A stretch of DNA of 64,000 bases from Octopus vulgaris (GCA_951406725.2 OX597816.1:126542001-126606000), one strand, 5' to 3'; counted from the first letter of the stretch, positions 26,141 through 40,354 are shown. The notes: a model not told the origin generated them from the sequence alone. Program-made: numbers and translations.

Positions 26141-27237
26141 GTATATAAGTATATATTTACATGTCTTGAATGCAACTGTATGTATGTGTATAGATGCATA
26201 AAGCAAACAAAAGCTCATGCCCTGACTCCAGATACTTGCACATTTGCACACATACGTGTGCAACAATCCTCTTGATGTTGAAATTCCAATGGATCTAGTT
26301 TAGAAACCAGCTTGTTTTCCATTGCCAAGAAATTTTAAAGTAAGACTAAATGATAACATACACATATGTCCGTGCACACACACATGCACAATAATTTAAT
26401 GAATATACGCACTCTTAAGCAACATGTATTTTATATACACAAGAACATACATGTACACACAACTCTAATATACACAGACATATTCTCACAACACAATATA
26501 ACAGATACACATATATCTGCATACACACAAACACATGCATACCGTGAATACATAGACACACTAAAGTAACATTTTATTATTTTTTATACACAAACACATA
26601 TATACCCATAAAATGCATTATACCCACCTACTCTCACAACATAATATAACAAGCCTATACATGGCCATATACACACACCATATACACACACTCACAAACA
26701 ACATTTCATATTATTATATGCACATCAACACTCAAACACACATAAATATCATCAGATATTCATTGCATAACGTAGCTGTATACACACACACTAACACATT
26801 ATGCACTTCTACTTAACAGTCACACACACTGTACAAGAACACAGGTAAACATCAATATGCATAACTCATATATGCATGTACACTTGGTCAAAGTTCACTG
26901 ACGTGTAATGCATAAGCACCAGATCCAAAAATAACAGATGCAATAAACACATACACACACACACATATACACCCAAATAGCACAATATATATATATATAG
27001 GACTATATATATATACACAAGCACAGGACTACTTTTTCATGAACTCAAGCATATGTTAATACACACACACACACACAATACATCTCATTCTCATCTACCT
27101 TCTGTTTTTGAACCCCAGACCAAACTTATATAAAATAACTAACATAGGTAGTTATTTTCCTATTATTTTATTTTTCTTGTTTTATTTTATTTTTTTTCCT
27201 CAGATTTTTCCCCCTCAATATTCCAAAGAAGGACAAT

Positions 27238-27336
27238 ATCAGACTGGAGCCTGGTGCAGCTTCCTGGCTTCCCAGACCCCAGTCGAACTGTCCTACCCAT
27301 GCCAGGATGGAAAAGAGGCATTAAACGATGATGATG
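27238..27336 (+). mobile_element. SINE 3' fragment with (GAT)n tail
   Basis: ATCAGACTGGAGCCTGGTGCAGC...CCCATGCCAGGATGGAAA...TTAAACGATGATGAT. Confidence 0.7.
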
Positions 27337-27379
27337 ATATATTCTTTCTCTCTCTCTCTTTCTCTCGCTCCTCTCTCTC

Positions 27380-27420
<41 letters not shown>

Positions 27421-27997
27421 ATTAACTTTATATATATATACCACATTATTTATTTATCTCTCCACCCTAGTGCTTTTTCAAACCTATCCCCCTTCCTCCA
27501 ACTTCTCATGCATACTCCTTTCTTACCTTCTAATCTTTTCTTTCTATCCCCCCTCCCATTCCTTTTATCTATCAATAGCTCTCCTCTCCTCATCCCCTTG
27601 TAATATCTTGACCAGCATCTAGCACTCCTTCTTTTTCTATTCATTTCTCTACTTCCCCTTATCAGTATAATTCTCAAAATTCATTTATACTACAAGATCC
27701 TTTTCAATGAACCACACTTGCAGTTAATACCTGCAGACTATCCATTTGAAATAACAACATATGAATTCTTATCAGACTTTTCACATCACGGATAGGAAGC
27801 CTCTTTCCCCATTCTACATAATACATTTCTTAGAGAACAGAACAGCAACTTTAACATACAACATATATTTTTATTTTCATATTTTCCTTTTATATTTTCT
27901 GCATTATATCTAATTTCTTCTATATCTCTCCCTCTCCTGAATAACTTCTAAAAAATTGAACTCTACTAATTCCTTCAACTGAAGCTCTTTTAACTTA

Positions 27998-28043
27998 TCT
28001 CTGATGATGGGATATCATTTATTTCCCTGAAACAGCTGTAAGA
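27998..28043 (+). ncRNA. Minimal type-I hammerhead ribozyme motif
   Basis: UCU-CUGAUGA-U-GGGA(11 nt)UCCC-U-GAAA-CAGCUG-UA-AGA: canonical core, palindromic stem III, GUA triplet, 3-bp stem I. Confidence 0.7.
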
Positions 28044-28409
28044 CCACGTTTCTATTTATAAATGTCCTAAGAATATCAAGTTGCCTTGGCCTTGTTATGT
28101 TATCTTATATAACACTCACACAGATGCGCACATGCATATATATATGTATGTATGTATGTCAATTGCATAAGAATGGCCATTGAATAGGTGATAACACTGG
28201 CAGTGTTCCAGTATAGCCACAGACTTGGGGCTGAAATCCATAAAAGAATATATTGTTGACATAAGAATTTATAAAATTTGTGAGGACATAAAATAATTCT
28301 TTTATAGAATGATGGATCTCAATCAGATAATGCTGTAAATAATAGCATGAAAACATCGGGTAAAACTTCCTTGGACACATGATCATTTCATTAAAGATAT
28401 ATATATATA

Positions 28410-29307
28410 TATATACTTCATTAAAAAGCAACAAAAATATCACAAAATCTGTTACTCAGAGTTTCACGTTCTTGTTCATCAGACAGTTTTGTTTAGAATG
28501 GAGCAAGATAAAGTTATATGCAGAAATACAATTACTTTGATAGATTCACATTTGAAAATGGTTTTGTTTCATTGGCCCTTTCAATTTATGGTCTTTTCAA
28601 TAACTGGTCGAATGAAATAACAAATTGCAGTTTAAAATCATATTATTATAAAAATCAGAGAAAACCTTAAATCAAAAACAGCTTATGAAAAAGGAAAAAG
28701 GCCTGAATACCCTGGGTAAATTATTACCTTGTAAAAATAATAATAAATTAATGAACTAAAAGATATATCCAGTTAAAAAATTTTCACATTAAATTGCATA
28801 TACATTTAGCAATATATACACATACCAAACAATCTATAATATACATATATACTCTAAACATACACACGTAGGTACATGGCTACATAATACATAAACAGAC
28901 ATATATAGGCAAAATATAGAGATATATAAATGCACGTGTGCAAAACCTCCTGGTATGTGCTTATACAAGTTAGTTGTTACAGGCAAAAGAAAGAAAAGGA
29001 AAAAAATCAGAGAATAACAAGTAGAAAGATAAAAAGGGGAAAATAAGAAAAAGAAATAAAAGAAAAAGAAACAGAAAATTAGAGAGTGAAAGGGAAAAAA
29101 TAGATAGAGGTAGAGAGAGTGAAATGATTGGCATTCCTATAAGTATCTACTAAAAGTTAGATACTTCATTCAGCTTGCAAAATGTACACATAGAAAAAAG
29201 CATGTAAAGAATTACATGTATATCTACATAAATACAAACATCCATACAAATACACATATAGACATGCATACAAACATACAAATAATTATGTATGCAAATA
29301 CATGCCT

Positions 29308-29338
<31 letters not shown>

Positions 29339-30730
29339 CACACACATATACATACATACATGTATGTATATATATATACATACATATACACACATACATA
29401 TATACATGTACACACAGATACATATATATACATGTCCATACCTACAATACATACATACACATAAATGTATAGAGACATATCTTCACATCAAGATAAATAT
29501 ATACATCATAACATATATTTGCAAACATTAAAAAAACTGTCTGGTACATATAATATTAAAATGTTAAAATAAGGAAATTGCACAATAAATTAATATAACA
29601 TAATTAAATGTGTGAGTCAACAATACAAATAAACCTTGGCGAAGCTTAAGCTTGAATTTGCAAAACAGTGGAAGGCTTCCTCAAAAGTGAAGTTGAAATA
29701 TGCACTAGCATTGTAATACAAAATAACTATAAGATGTAAAGTCAAATTCAAATGTGACAGTCAAAATTTTCCAAAAGTCAAAACATTTCATCCATACTGT
29801 ATTTTATCGGTTGACATTTTTAACCACGTGGCGTACCTGCAGGAATTTAAGAGCTTGCATCTCTAATTCAAAGCATGTTTATCCTGGAACAGGATGAAGA
29901 ACTTTTCTGAGAGGCAAAGATTACATTTCATGGGTCTTTTATGTTTGTATGATGATGCTGTCTCTAGAATTTCCCAGGTTACATTGAAAGGACAGACGTC
30001 ATTTTCTTTCAATTCCCAGAAATCCTTTGTAAGACTAGTTGCTGTCCTATTCTTGGGGTATCAGAAAGAATTTCAGTGGAAATAGAATTGAATCTTGAAT
30101 GAATTTTCTGAAGCCCCCGAGTATGTTTTATATTCTTATGAGCCAACTACTTGCACTTTAGCTCTATAAAAAATTCATTTTTTAAGACATTTACCTTCCA
30201 ATGGACAGCAAGTCTTATCTTTGAAGTTGCAGTTCCTCAGATTAGATTAGGCACTGTAGTTGTTTGTAATAATTTTCGTGTTATGCTGATTAATAAAAAA
30301 AGGGATAGTTTTTGCAACAAGAATAACTAACCCTCAGTGTTCTATTAAAAATTCTATAGAACTTATGGCTAGATTGAAAACATTTAGAAACTAATTTTAA
30401 GAATTTCCTATCTTAGTTTTTACAGCAATACTAAATGCAGGGTTAAACCACAAAACTTTCCTAGTTTTAGTGCTATGTGGTCTATTATTGTTTGAATTAG
30501 TTTGACAATACTGGATTTTCTCCAAAAATCCAATTTTCTTTAATGCATTATTGTAGTACAGAACGGCATTTTGAAGTGCTGTTTTATCTGAAGAAATTGA
30601 TGATATTCACCTTCCTATGTTACTAACTAGGTTCTTAAAAATTGCAGGTTGATGATTAGATTCTTTACTAATATAACATAGATTTTCATTGGGCTCACAG
30701 TAGGATTTAAATTTATCTAATTGCAAATGA
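28410..30730 (-). mobile_element. 5'-truncated, degenerate Penelope-like retroelement (RT thumb/linker + GIY-YIG endonuclease + long 3' region)
   Basis: Minus-strand translation of 30730-29810: YISKESNHQPAIFK...YYNNALKK...RKVLWFNPAFS...IFNR.LRVSYSC...CPLEGKCL...KCNLCLSEKFFIL. HHR near the 3' end. Linkage of tail to ORF is inferred from shared strand. Confidence 0.85.
28443..28491 (-). ncRNA. Minimal type-I hammerhead ribozyme motif
   Basis: CAAAACUGU-CUGAUGA-AC(AAGAAC)GU-GAAA-CUCUGAG-UA-ACAGAUUUUG: canonical core, 9-bp stem I with one bulge, GUA triplet. Confidence 0.75.
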
Positions 30731-31181
30731 CATGCTGTACTGCTTGGCATTCATACTGAAAGCTTCAATATGAACATTTCAGAGTGTTTGGGTGTCAATC
30801 TGAGGAGAGTACTATCTGAGGATATGTACTGAGAGTGATAAAAATTAAACATCCAGTCAACATCATGGTGTTTGAAATAATCCATGGGAGTACACTGTTT
30901 TCATTCCACTCTCTGCATTTTGTGAAACTGTTATGCTTGTAGTACACTATGCCTACAGGCATACCACAATAGATAAAGATATTGGTTAATGCAGTCTAGT
31001 AGCCTGGAGGTGACTTGATTTACATTAGTGCCCAGGCAAGGCACTAAGGTAATTCACAAAAAAATCAACAGAAGCAAAAACATATCTTGGAATGCAGGGA
31101 GTGGAATGAGAACAGTGTACCCCCATGGATCAAATAAAGGGTTAAATTTGAAGTTCCAATACAACTAAGTTCAACACAAGA

Positions 31182-31300
31182 AACCTGAGGACGGCTGGAG
31201 TGTACAACAGCCAAAATCTAGTGAAATCAACAATGAAGATGAGGATATCAGTCTGACTAATATAAACAGTATACATTATATAAATTCTTAATCTCACAAA
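31182..31300 (+). mobile_element. Old relative of the 40254/44443 HHR element tail
   Basis: CTGAGGA-C-GGCTG-GAGTGTACAA-CAGCC-AAAA followed by AAGATGAGGA. Same stem II; GAAA lost by CpG-type decay. Confidence 0.55.
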
Positions 31301-34300
31301 TAAAGAATTGTAGGATAATATTACAGATAAGTTGAGATTTAACTTAGAACAGGAGACAACTGTATTGTAGGCACTTAAAATCTACAAATTCTGTTTATAC
31401 AAATCCAACAATATGTAGTCATATTCACTAATAGAAAATGTTGTAAAATACAACAGAATACAAAAAGTTGAAGTCAACCTTACTGAACTTCTTACAAGTA
31501 AAATTACATTGAATATTTAGTATTCAAGTCAACAACACATCATTTCCCTAACCAATACATAGAAAATACTCAGAACCTTTATACAATATTTTGAAAACAA
31601 TAAAAGCTAAGCACATAACTCTCTTTCTTCAATAATTTATCAAAACAAGAAAAATATTGCACTAGTAAACAATAATCCATTCGATCTAACATAGACAATG
31701 CCATTCTTGTTTTTATTTCCAATCTCTTAGACACATTCCAATGGAAATAACTTGACAATATTCAATTGTAGTAATGTCAAATAATGATGTTTGAGCTGTA
31801 ATCCTAATATTACAGTTTCAAAAGAATATTGAATAAAGCAAAGCCTAAAATTACAAGTAGAAGGAAAAACTGATTTATATATAAAGTGGCTAGGGTTCAG
31901 AATATTATCAGTTAGCTATTAATAGCCACGGCTATGTTAGCAGTTACCTGATAAACTTCATCTGCAATCTACTTGGATTTCTCACTAGTGACCATAAGTT
32001 AACCAAAGATACATCATAGTAGACATCAGTGAAGGATAAGTGGTAAGAGCGAGAGAGTATAATTTATCTAGTAACACACTAGTGATTTGGCTATCCAACC
32101 AGTAAAAGTTCTTTTGATATTATTTTAATAAGGAGCCACACACTATAATACAAAACATTCGAAAAATAAGTTCTGAAACTAGGGATAAAGGTTCTTTCTA
32201 GTGAATGGAGCTGCTCCTGATTTTGAATTGTTGAATTCCATTACTTCTTGCACCATGAGTTAAACAAGCATTAATATTCTCCTTTATGCACGTACCAGCC
32301 ACCTTTGAAAAATTTTGGAAACAATATAAAAGTTAGATATCAAAATGTGCAAAGTTCAAAATTTACAAGGGATACTTGCTTCAGGTTTCTGATCTAATGC
32401 AGAAGTTTTTACTGATTCTTTTGATATCTAATTCAACTTTTTTAAAGTTGCTTTCACCTTAGGTATTAGAAGAAAAAAAAACACTTATAAACCTTGAAAT
32501 TGTTATTGGATTACTTTTCAGTGCTTTAAATTGAAGTGCATGATTTTCTGATAAAATCCAGATTCACACAGGCTTTGTTTATCTAGCCTGCAATCACCAA
32601 ACATTTGAGTATATGCTGAAAGCCAAATGTTTTGTGTCTACTAAAACCAGTTTATATCATTCATGAGAATAAGTGAGGTGTAAAAAAGGATCACAAGGAA
32701 GAGAAAAAAACATGTGTTTTATGGTTTATTCAGAAAGAACTCATAGTCTTTACTTGTTATCTAAGATTGGAGAAATTGATACAGTTGGTTTGAACATGAA
32801 TAAAAAGATGTTTGTAGAAAAGAAAATATGTGGGAAATGGATTTTGATAGATTGGCATTCTAGGGAGTAAAGATTCACCTTTGTGATTAAGGCAGGGCCT
32901 CAGAGGTAAGACTCAGTGTGGGGGATGTGAGGAGAAGAGATAAATATATCAGGTGGTATTGGGTGGTGATATACAGTTAACTGTTTCAGAAGAGCATAAG
33001 CTTTTCTAGTAGCAGAAGGATAAGCAAATGAAAACAGAGCAGATCTATAGGTCAGAGGTTGTAGTATGTTGGTGTGTGAAGCTTTTCTAGCTAATCAAAT
33101 GGTTTCTTTCTAGCTGCAATCTAAGATGTTCATGTGTGTTGCAGTAGCATTGTCTTCTAATTTGACTTGAGCTTCTACTTTAACTTGAGCTTTGTAGAGA
33201 AATAGTGAATGGTTGAGGTTAGTGTATTTTATTATTTTATATTAAATTAGATGACTACACTAGTTTTTGTAATGCATATTTTGACATGTTACATATATAG
33301 ATCATGAAGAAAGATCAAGCAAAATTGTGATTCTAGCATTTGTAGAAACTTCAAGGTTTTTCATTTTATGTTTTCAAAGACTAGATAGATAGCTATCTAA
33401 GACTGCTTTCTCTCAAACACATACTGTGTCTTGTTAAAGGAGACAATGTGTCCATCAGAGAATGTCTGTGAGGCCTATGTTCATAGAGGTAATGCAGATT
33501 TGATTTGAGAGAAGGTGCATATGGATAAATGCAGTGAATAAAAATAATTGAAATACAATTAAAATGCAACACTCAAATCTGTTTTGACATATTAAACAAT
33601 TTTGTTTGAAAATTCTACTCTCAGACTTAGTCAAAATTATATTGCAATAAGTTGACAACTAATTCCAAGACTCATAAGCATTTCACAACCTCTTTACCAG
33701 AAATTGTGCTGCATTCATTTACGCATATGGCTTTTCAAAAAGAATATTTGTGAAGCATATAAACCATGACTTACAAGTAATTGGTCTCTATTCTCTATTC
33801 CATAATGTGTCATTCATTATTGCTGATTCCTTCACATTGATCTAAGCTCATTTGTCCAGACCAAAACTCATTTGAAGAAATTGGTCTCTTTTGTAATTAT
33901 TGTCATAATTTTCATGCAAAACTAAAAATTTCCTTTTCAAGCCATATCTTGCAGAGTATGTTTTTATCCTGAAATGTCATAAAAGGCTTTGCAGTATTTA
34001 TTCCAGCTTTCTTCAAATCTTACTGAAGTCAACTATGCCTTTTGGACTCAATAAAATAAAGTACCAGCCCAATCCAGATGGCGGAGTTCTTAAAATGACA
34101 GAACATCTTGAGAATTTGTTCTGGCTCTTTGTGTTCTGAGTTCTTGGGTTGTCACCTTTATCTATCAGCAGACTTTAACATCACTAGCTGGTTTTTAGTA
34201 TTTCTGTAATGAAATGCATTCTGTCGCAAGCATATAGAACAGATTTCACTAGGTGAAAAAATAAAGGGTTATACTTGAAAAACAAAATAGTGTTAAAAGA

Positions 34301-37300
34301 TAGAAAGCGAACTTTCATCAATTGAAATTTAATAGAATTTGCTCCAACTGTATGTGATTTTTCTAATCTTACTGCCAATATAGATATTTTCTTTTCAGTC
34401 AGGAAATGAGAATAATTTTTTAGATTTTATCATATGATGTTAATGATGCCTTCATCAGATATGTAACTCTCTATCATCGTTGTCACCATCTCATCACTAT
34501 CGTTACCACTTCTATTATTTCCATGTTAGCATTGGTTGGTTAAGAATTATTAGGGTGCTTTGCATAGCAGGATGCTCTTCCTGATGCTAACCATTATCTG
34601 TTTATAAATAAGGTACATTATTTCACATGTTGAACTACTGAAATATGGGACATATTGTCTATACAAAGACTATCTCTCTCTCTCTCATCCCAACATTTAT
34701 ATTTTTAAATGGCAAGTTTGCACACAGTTTCTCCTTCTATCAAAAAATCTCTGATGAAGTATTGGTCTGTACATAGCTATTGCTGAAAATACTTTTCTAA
34801 GTCATCATGCAGTGAGATGGAAAGAGAAATCATATTCTTTCAAATGTCTTAAGCACATTGCAACATGTGCATATGTACATCATGAAAAAATATTGTACCT
34901 TATACAAAGATGCTGCAGAATATCAGGTGTATTATTTGAAACTCTGACCTAACTCATTACTTGACTGGTAATAAGTGCTTTTCAAATACTATTTATATGT
35001 AAATGAACTGTTTGTTGCAATAATTGATATTGAATTGACTAGACATCATTATTTCTCATTCAATGCTCTTAGTTATTTTTCTGTCAAGTTACTACCTTTA
35101 AGAGAATGTGTGCATATGCCATGAAAGCTAAACCTAAAATAGAATGTATTTTATGAGACAATTAATATGTAAATTGTCTGGAAGTCTGAAACCAATGATA
35201 AAGTTTTAATATTTCATACAAAATTCCTAGTAAAATAATTTTGTGAATAAAAGTATGCTGAATATTTAAGAGAACATATTGACAAAATATCTCTTTAATT
35301 ATTGAAAATTTTAGCTGACAAACAGTTAATTCTATCTTAATTATGACATTAAAAGTTATTTATTCTCAAGATATATTGAATATACAATCATGATTTCTGA
35401 ATTAAGATTTACAATTGAAACAAATATTAATTAAATAGAATAATTGTAAAGTCATTATGAAAGCTTCAATAAATTGCTTTTGATTTTTAAATATTTTAAT
35501 TAAGATTTATTATTTCAATCCAATTGACATATATAACCACCTTTCGAGGTTTTCTTTACCTTTACTTAATAACTGAAAGTTTAACATATTTTATTTTAAA
35601 TTTAAAGCATCTTTTTTGTTAAGTAATACTTTGTGTCAGTAAAAAGCATCCGTTATATACAGAAACAAATTCTTTATTTTTCTTAATAACTTACTAAAAT
35701 TTTGATATTCCAACATAAGCAATTTATTAAACTTCACTTCTACTGCAGATCAATTAATGCTTTCATGTGTCATGGTAACTCATAGAGCACATACCTTCAG
35801 CTTCTGTAGTGTGGAAAAAGATAAATTTTCTCTTAAATATAATGATAATATTTTTGGATAGTTTATCTGGAACTTTTGCATATAAAGTCTTTCATTTGTT
35901 CATTCTTCATCTGAATATAATGTTATTTATACAAAAATATGAATATTGTCTACACTAATCCTTGATATGGTAATAATATCATCTCCCATTATGATGTCTC
36001 GCCTAAAATATTAGAATATGGTATCAGTTAATCTTCAACTTACTATTCAAATTCTATACCAAACAATTATAATTCAGTTATCTTTATTTTACTCTCTGCT
36101 GTTTATGGTCAGTCATGTATATTAGTATTTATTAATAAAACTTCAACAGTAATGTCCTCTTTCCTTAAAGTACCACGGATCTGCATTTTGTTTCTATGAA
36201 AAAGTACAAGAACTTAGAGATCTAACAGCTTAGTAATTTATTCAGTTCTTTTTCCCTTTAAAAATGTTTCAAGCTTTATGTAAATTATTCTTTCTACGTT
36301 TCTTTTTGAGTTTTAAATACAGAGTTATTGAAATACTTATGATTAAGAAAGGAATGGGTTATATTTATGAATTACAAAAAGTGCATACTTCCTCTTTATT
36401 TTCAAAGCTGTTAATACCATGGATTGATTACTTTAGAAATCATTCTACATTTAGCACCCTAGTTTCACATTTAAAATACTGTTCTTTGTTCATCTAATCT
36501 TGTTTTGTATCATTCAAATATTTTGAGTGATATCAAAATATGTTATTTTAGTCTCTGATTTTGCCTAAATCCAACACTGCTTCAAGGCATTTTTTTATAT
36601 TATAATTTAGTAAATTGTAACTATATTCATTCTATCATCTATATATCTGTGTTATCTATGCAAAGAACTTGCTTTGTATCTTTAGTACTTTTCCTTTCTG
36701 AAAAACCATAAAAATTCTTCCCTTTTATTCATAGTATCTTGCATTACATCAATTTCCTTTACAATATCTTGCTTTGTAATCAATGTGAAACTGTAAAGAA
36801 TATCTTGGAATCTATATTTTATATCAAAATTTTCTATAAAGTTTCAAGAACTTCTGACATATGAAATTTTAATTGTTGATGCATGAGTAGAAAGAAGAAT
36901 CATCAAATATTTCCTTCTCTTATTACTATTTTGAAAGAAATCTTAAATATTTTTGGACATACATGTGTTGTTCAGTTTATAATGAAAATCTGTTTTTCTT
37001 TTAAAGAAATTGACACATCATGAAACAAAATCTATGAACAACTAAACAATGAAAACAATGTTGTTAAACTATTGCAATCAGTTTTTAACTTTGAAATTTG
37101 TTCTTGATAACAATTTTGCAAACCATTTGATTTAATCTTTCAGTAATTCAAGGAAAGAAAATGGGCTAAATTCATAATGAAAGAATAGCTTTCATCAATT
37201 TTAAATACTTGTAGAAAAAAATAGTATAGATGTAAATTTTTTTATATTTTCTTTATATTCATTACTTTATTGTAACATAGACAAAGTATTTTGACAAAGG

Positions 37301-37432
37301 ACGAAATTAATTTTCATCAGGATGTCTTACCTCCTCATTTAATTTAATTTATAACTGTAAATATAATTTATTTCAGAGATTTCTTTTTTCTGTAAATTTC
37401 AAATAAAATATATTTTATTTCATTTTTTCCAG

Positions 37433-37601
37433 GCTAGTTCTCAACCTTATAAGATCTCCAATGTGGTTCTAGCAATCACAATCACAGCAGGAATTCTGTT
37501 GTGCTTTTTGATTATGGTGTTACCTTATCTAAGGAGGATTTACATTGAGGATCATGCACTAACCCAGGATGATAGAAGTGCTGTATACGTTATAAATAAA
37601 G
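37433..37601 (+). CDS. Internal coding exon (169 nt, phase 0 to 1) of an unidentified membrane protein gene
   Basis: Acceptor ttttatttcattttttccAG, donor AAG|GTGAGA. Fully open frame ASSQPYKISNVVLAITITAGILLCFLIMVLPYLRRIYIEDHALTQDDRSAVYVINK with a ~23-aa hydrophobic helix followed by RR. Higher GC than flanks. Confidence 0.7.
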
Positions 37602-37772
37602 GTGAGAACTCTAACCTTTTGTACTAAATGATTAAAAAAGTGTGCTTTTATCAATGCTTGATTAAATTCATATAGTGAGAGATGTGTGTTCATATATATA
37701 TGTGCATGCACATATATATATGAACACACATATACATACACAGAATTTTCTTCTAATACTCTTATTCTATTA

Positions 37773-38185
37773 AAAGTAAGACCAAGATAGTTTGCATGTG
37801 ATACTACAGATAAACCTTTCCTAAAAGATACAATGAAGGGTTCATACAAAATTCAATCTAAATTTTATGAAATGTGTTTAACTTATACAATGTAAATCAT
37901 TTTCTACAAGAAATACTTCTTAAGTAGCTATAATTACCTATATATACTTTTGCAATATATATATATATATATATAATAATTCCATTAACACATTTTTCAG
38001 GTTAATCCAACTAAAGGTTTTATATGTATATGATCTTTTATTAGATTAACTTGAGAATATTTATTTTATATATACATATATATATATAATTCAATTAACA
38101 AACTTTTCTGGTTAATCCAACTAAAGGTTTTATATATATATATGATCTTTTATTAGATTAACCTGAGAATATCTATTTTTTTATC

Positions 38186-38232
<47 letters not shown>

Positions 38233-38413
38233 CAAAAGTATATATAGGTAATTATAACTAAAAAAATATTTCTTGCAGAAAATAATTTGTATTATATTAG
38301 TTAAGCACTTTTCATAAAACTTAAGTTGAATTTTGTATGAACCCTTCATTATATCTTTTATGAAAGGTTTTTTTATCAGTGGTATCACATGCAAACTATC
38401 TTTGTCTTACTTT
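37773..38413. repeat. Long imperfect inverted repeat (~200-bp arms) with duplicated ~110-bp palindromic centre
   Basis: Arms ~37773-37975 and ~38190-38413 align as reverse complements. GGTTAATCCAACTAAAGG at 38000 and 38110. Confidence 0.9.
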
Positions 38414-39170
38414 GGAGATAATGTGTGTATGTGAAGAAATTTCTTTGTCATGTATTCAATTTAATTGGTGAAATGAATATATTTGTCAAAAGTTTATGAA
38501 TGAGCAGTAAATTGCCAGACATATTCATAACCTAAAAAAGCTTATTGAATTATGAAGTTTCAATATATAACTATTGAAAAATATGATGGAAACTTTATCA
38601 CATCTTTCAGTAAACTCTACGAGCAAATTTTAAATGTTTCTATCCACTGTTTGCAATTAAAATGAAGGCATACAGTGTAGCACATTATACAATGGAAACA
38701 AAGACTTAAACTAAAACTGCCAATATTTTATACATTTTGATGCTTCACTTCTCATAGGTTCACTCAGTTATTTTATTTAATATCATCATATTATTTGTGC
38801 TAGAAAATGTACATTTTTACCCCAATGAACATAGAGACTTTACTTTTGAACATATTAATGTAAATTACATGGTTATATTTGCATGAAACACTGACACAGC
38901 TCAAACAAACACACTCACATACACACAATACTAAAATAAAATGGCCAAGTACCAAAATACTTACAATAAAATGATTGAAAGATGAATAACTGTGGTTTAG
39001 GTTCGAAGGTGTTGAATGATGCTTTAGTGCTACACGAAGGACAAGCAACATCAAATAATTGTATTGTCATGAGCATTGAAACAGTATGGACAAATTCAGT
39101 TTTTTTGCATTGTATCCAAATATAATACTAAGTACTTCTGAGTGACTATTATATATTGATATAACATATA

Positions 39171-39473
39171 GTAATGGCCCAGTGGATAGGGCAGCGGACT
39201 CGCGGTCGGAGGATCGCGGTTTCGATTCCCAGACTGGGTGTTGTGTGTGTTTATTGAGTGAAAACACCTAAAGCTCCATGTGGCTCCGGCAGGGGATGGT
39301 GGCGACCCCTGTTGTACTCTTTCGCCCCAACTTTCTCTCACTCTTTCTTCCTGCTTCTTGGGTAATGCTGTGATGGACTGGCATCCCGTCCAGCTGGGGA
39401 GAACACATATGCTACAGAAAGCAGGAAACCATGCTCACGAGCCTAGCTAGGCTTCAAAAGGGCAAAGAAGAAG
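39171..39473 (+). mobile_element. tRNA(Arg)-derived SINE with alternative 3' half
   Basis: Head matches the 4873 copy, with TCG at the anticodon position. Tail GATGGACTGGCATCCCGTCCAG...GAAGAAG. 9-bp TSD ATAACATAT at 39161 and 39474. Confidence 0.85.
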
Positions 39474-40308
39474 ATAACATATCTACTAGTTATTTTAAGG
39501 CAGAAAATGTCAATGTGGGATTTCATTAATCACTACCTACTATCATATGTCTCACATATCAAATGTAGGGGTCTTCATTGTCAGCAACTCCATCATCGTT
39601 ATTACTATCACCATCTTAATGCTTACTTTCCTTATTTTCCTTTATGGATAGGTCTGTTACATAGTACAGCATGTCATTATTGAAGATTGTTGTGAAATTG
39701 TAAACTGAGATTTTTCACATATGTGCTACATATTTCCTATGACTTATTAACGGAAATTATAACTGATCTGAAACTATCACTTTACTAATCAACAAATGTA
39801 TAACAATAAGAACAGAAATCATACAACTATATACTCTTTTCCTAAGGATAAGCAGTCATTGTTAAATCATATCTGATTCTTTTTTTTTTATTTTATCTAG
39901 TTTCAGCTCACGAGCTGTGGCCATGCTGGGGCACCACCATTTAGTTAAATCTATTTAAAATATATTTTGAAAAGAAACCGAAGAAATTTTGTTGTTCTGT
40001 TTTTATGGCAAATTGTTTTACAGTAAAATATTTTGTATATATTTAAAAAAAATAATATTCAGTTTGAGACAGATTTGAGTTGAAGTTTTATAATCTAAAT
40101 CAGCCAACTTCAGTAATTTTCATTGAAGATATTGTGGGAAAAACCTTTCAAGCTTAGTCACTATCTTCATTCTCTCTAGATGCCTAAAACTGTTCAAATA
40201 CAAAATTTGATTTAGGATCTGACCTGTGGATTAACCAAAACATTAACATAGTTCATTATTTACATTATTTACTCTTGATGGATATTTGTCCTCATCTTGT
40301 TTGTTGTT

Positions 40309-40354
40309 AACATAACGTTTCGGCTGATATACCCTCCAGCCTTCATCAGGTGTC
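40309..40354 (-). ncRNA. Minimal type-I hammerhead ribozyme motif
   Basis: GACAC-CUGAUGA-A-GGCUG(10 nt)CAGCC-GAA-ACGU-U-AUGUU: canonical core, 5-bp stem II, palindromic ACGU stem III. One mismatch in stem I that is paired in the 44491 copy. Confidence 0.75.

Noticed and set aside
29810-30730. In-frame TGA codons in the Penelope-like ORF as selenocysteine
   Set aside because: They fall where Arg fits (CGA>TGA decay) and co-occur with TAA/TAG stops and frameshifts.
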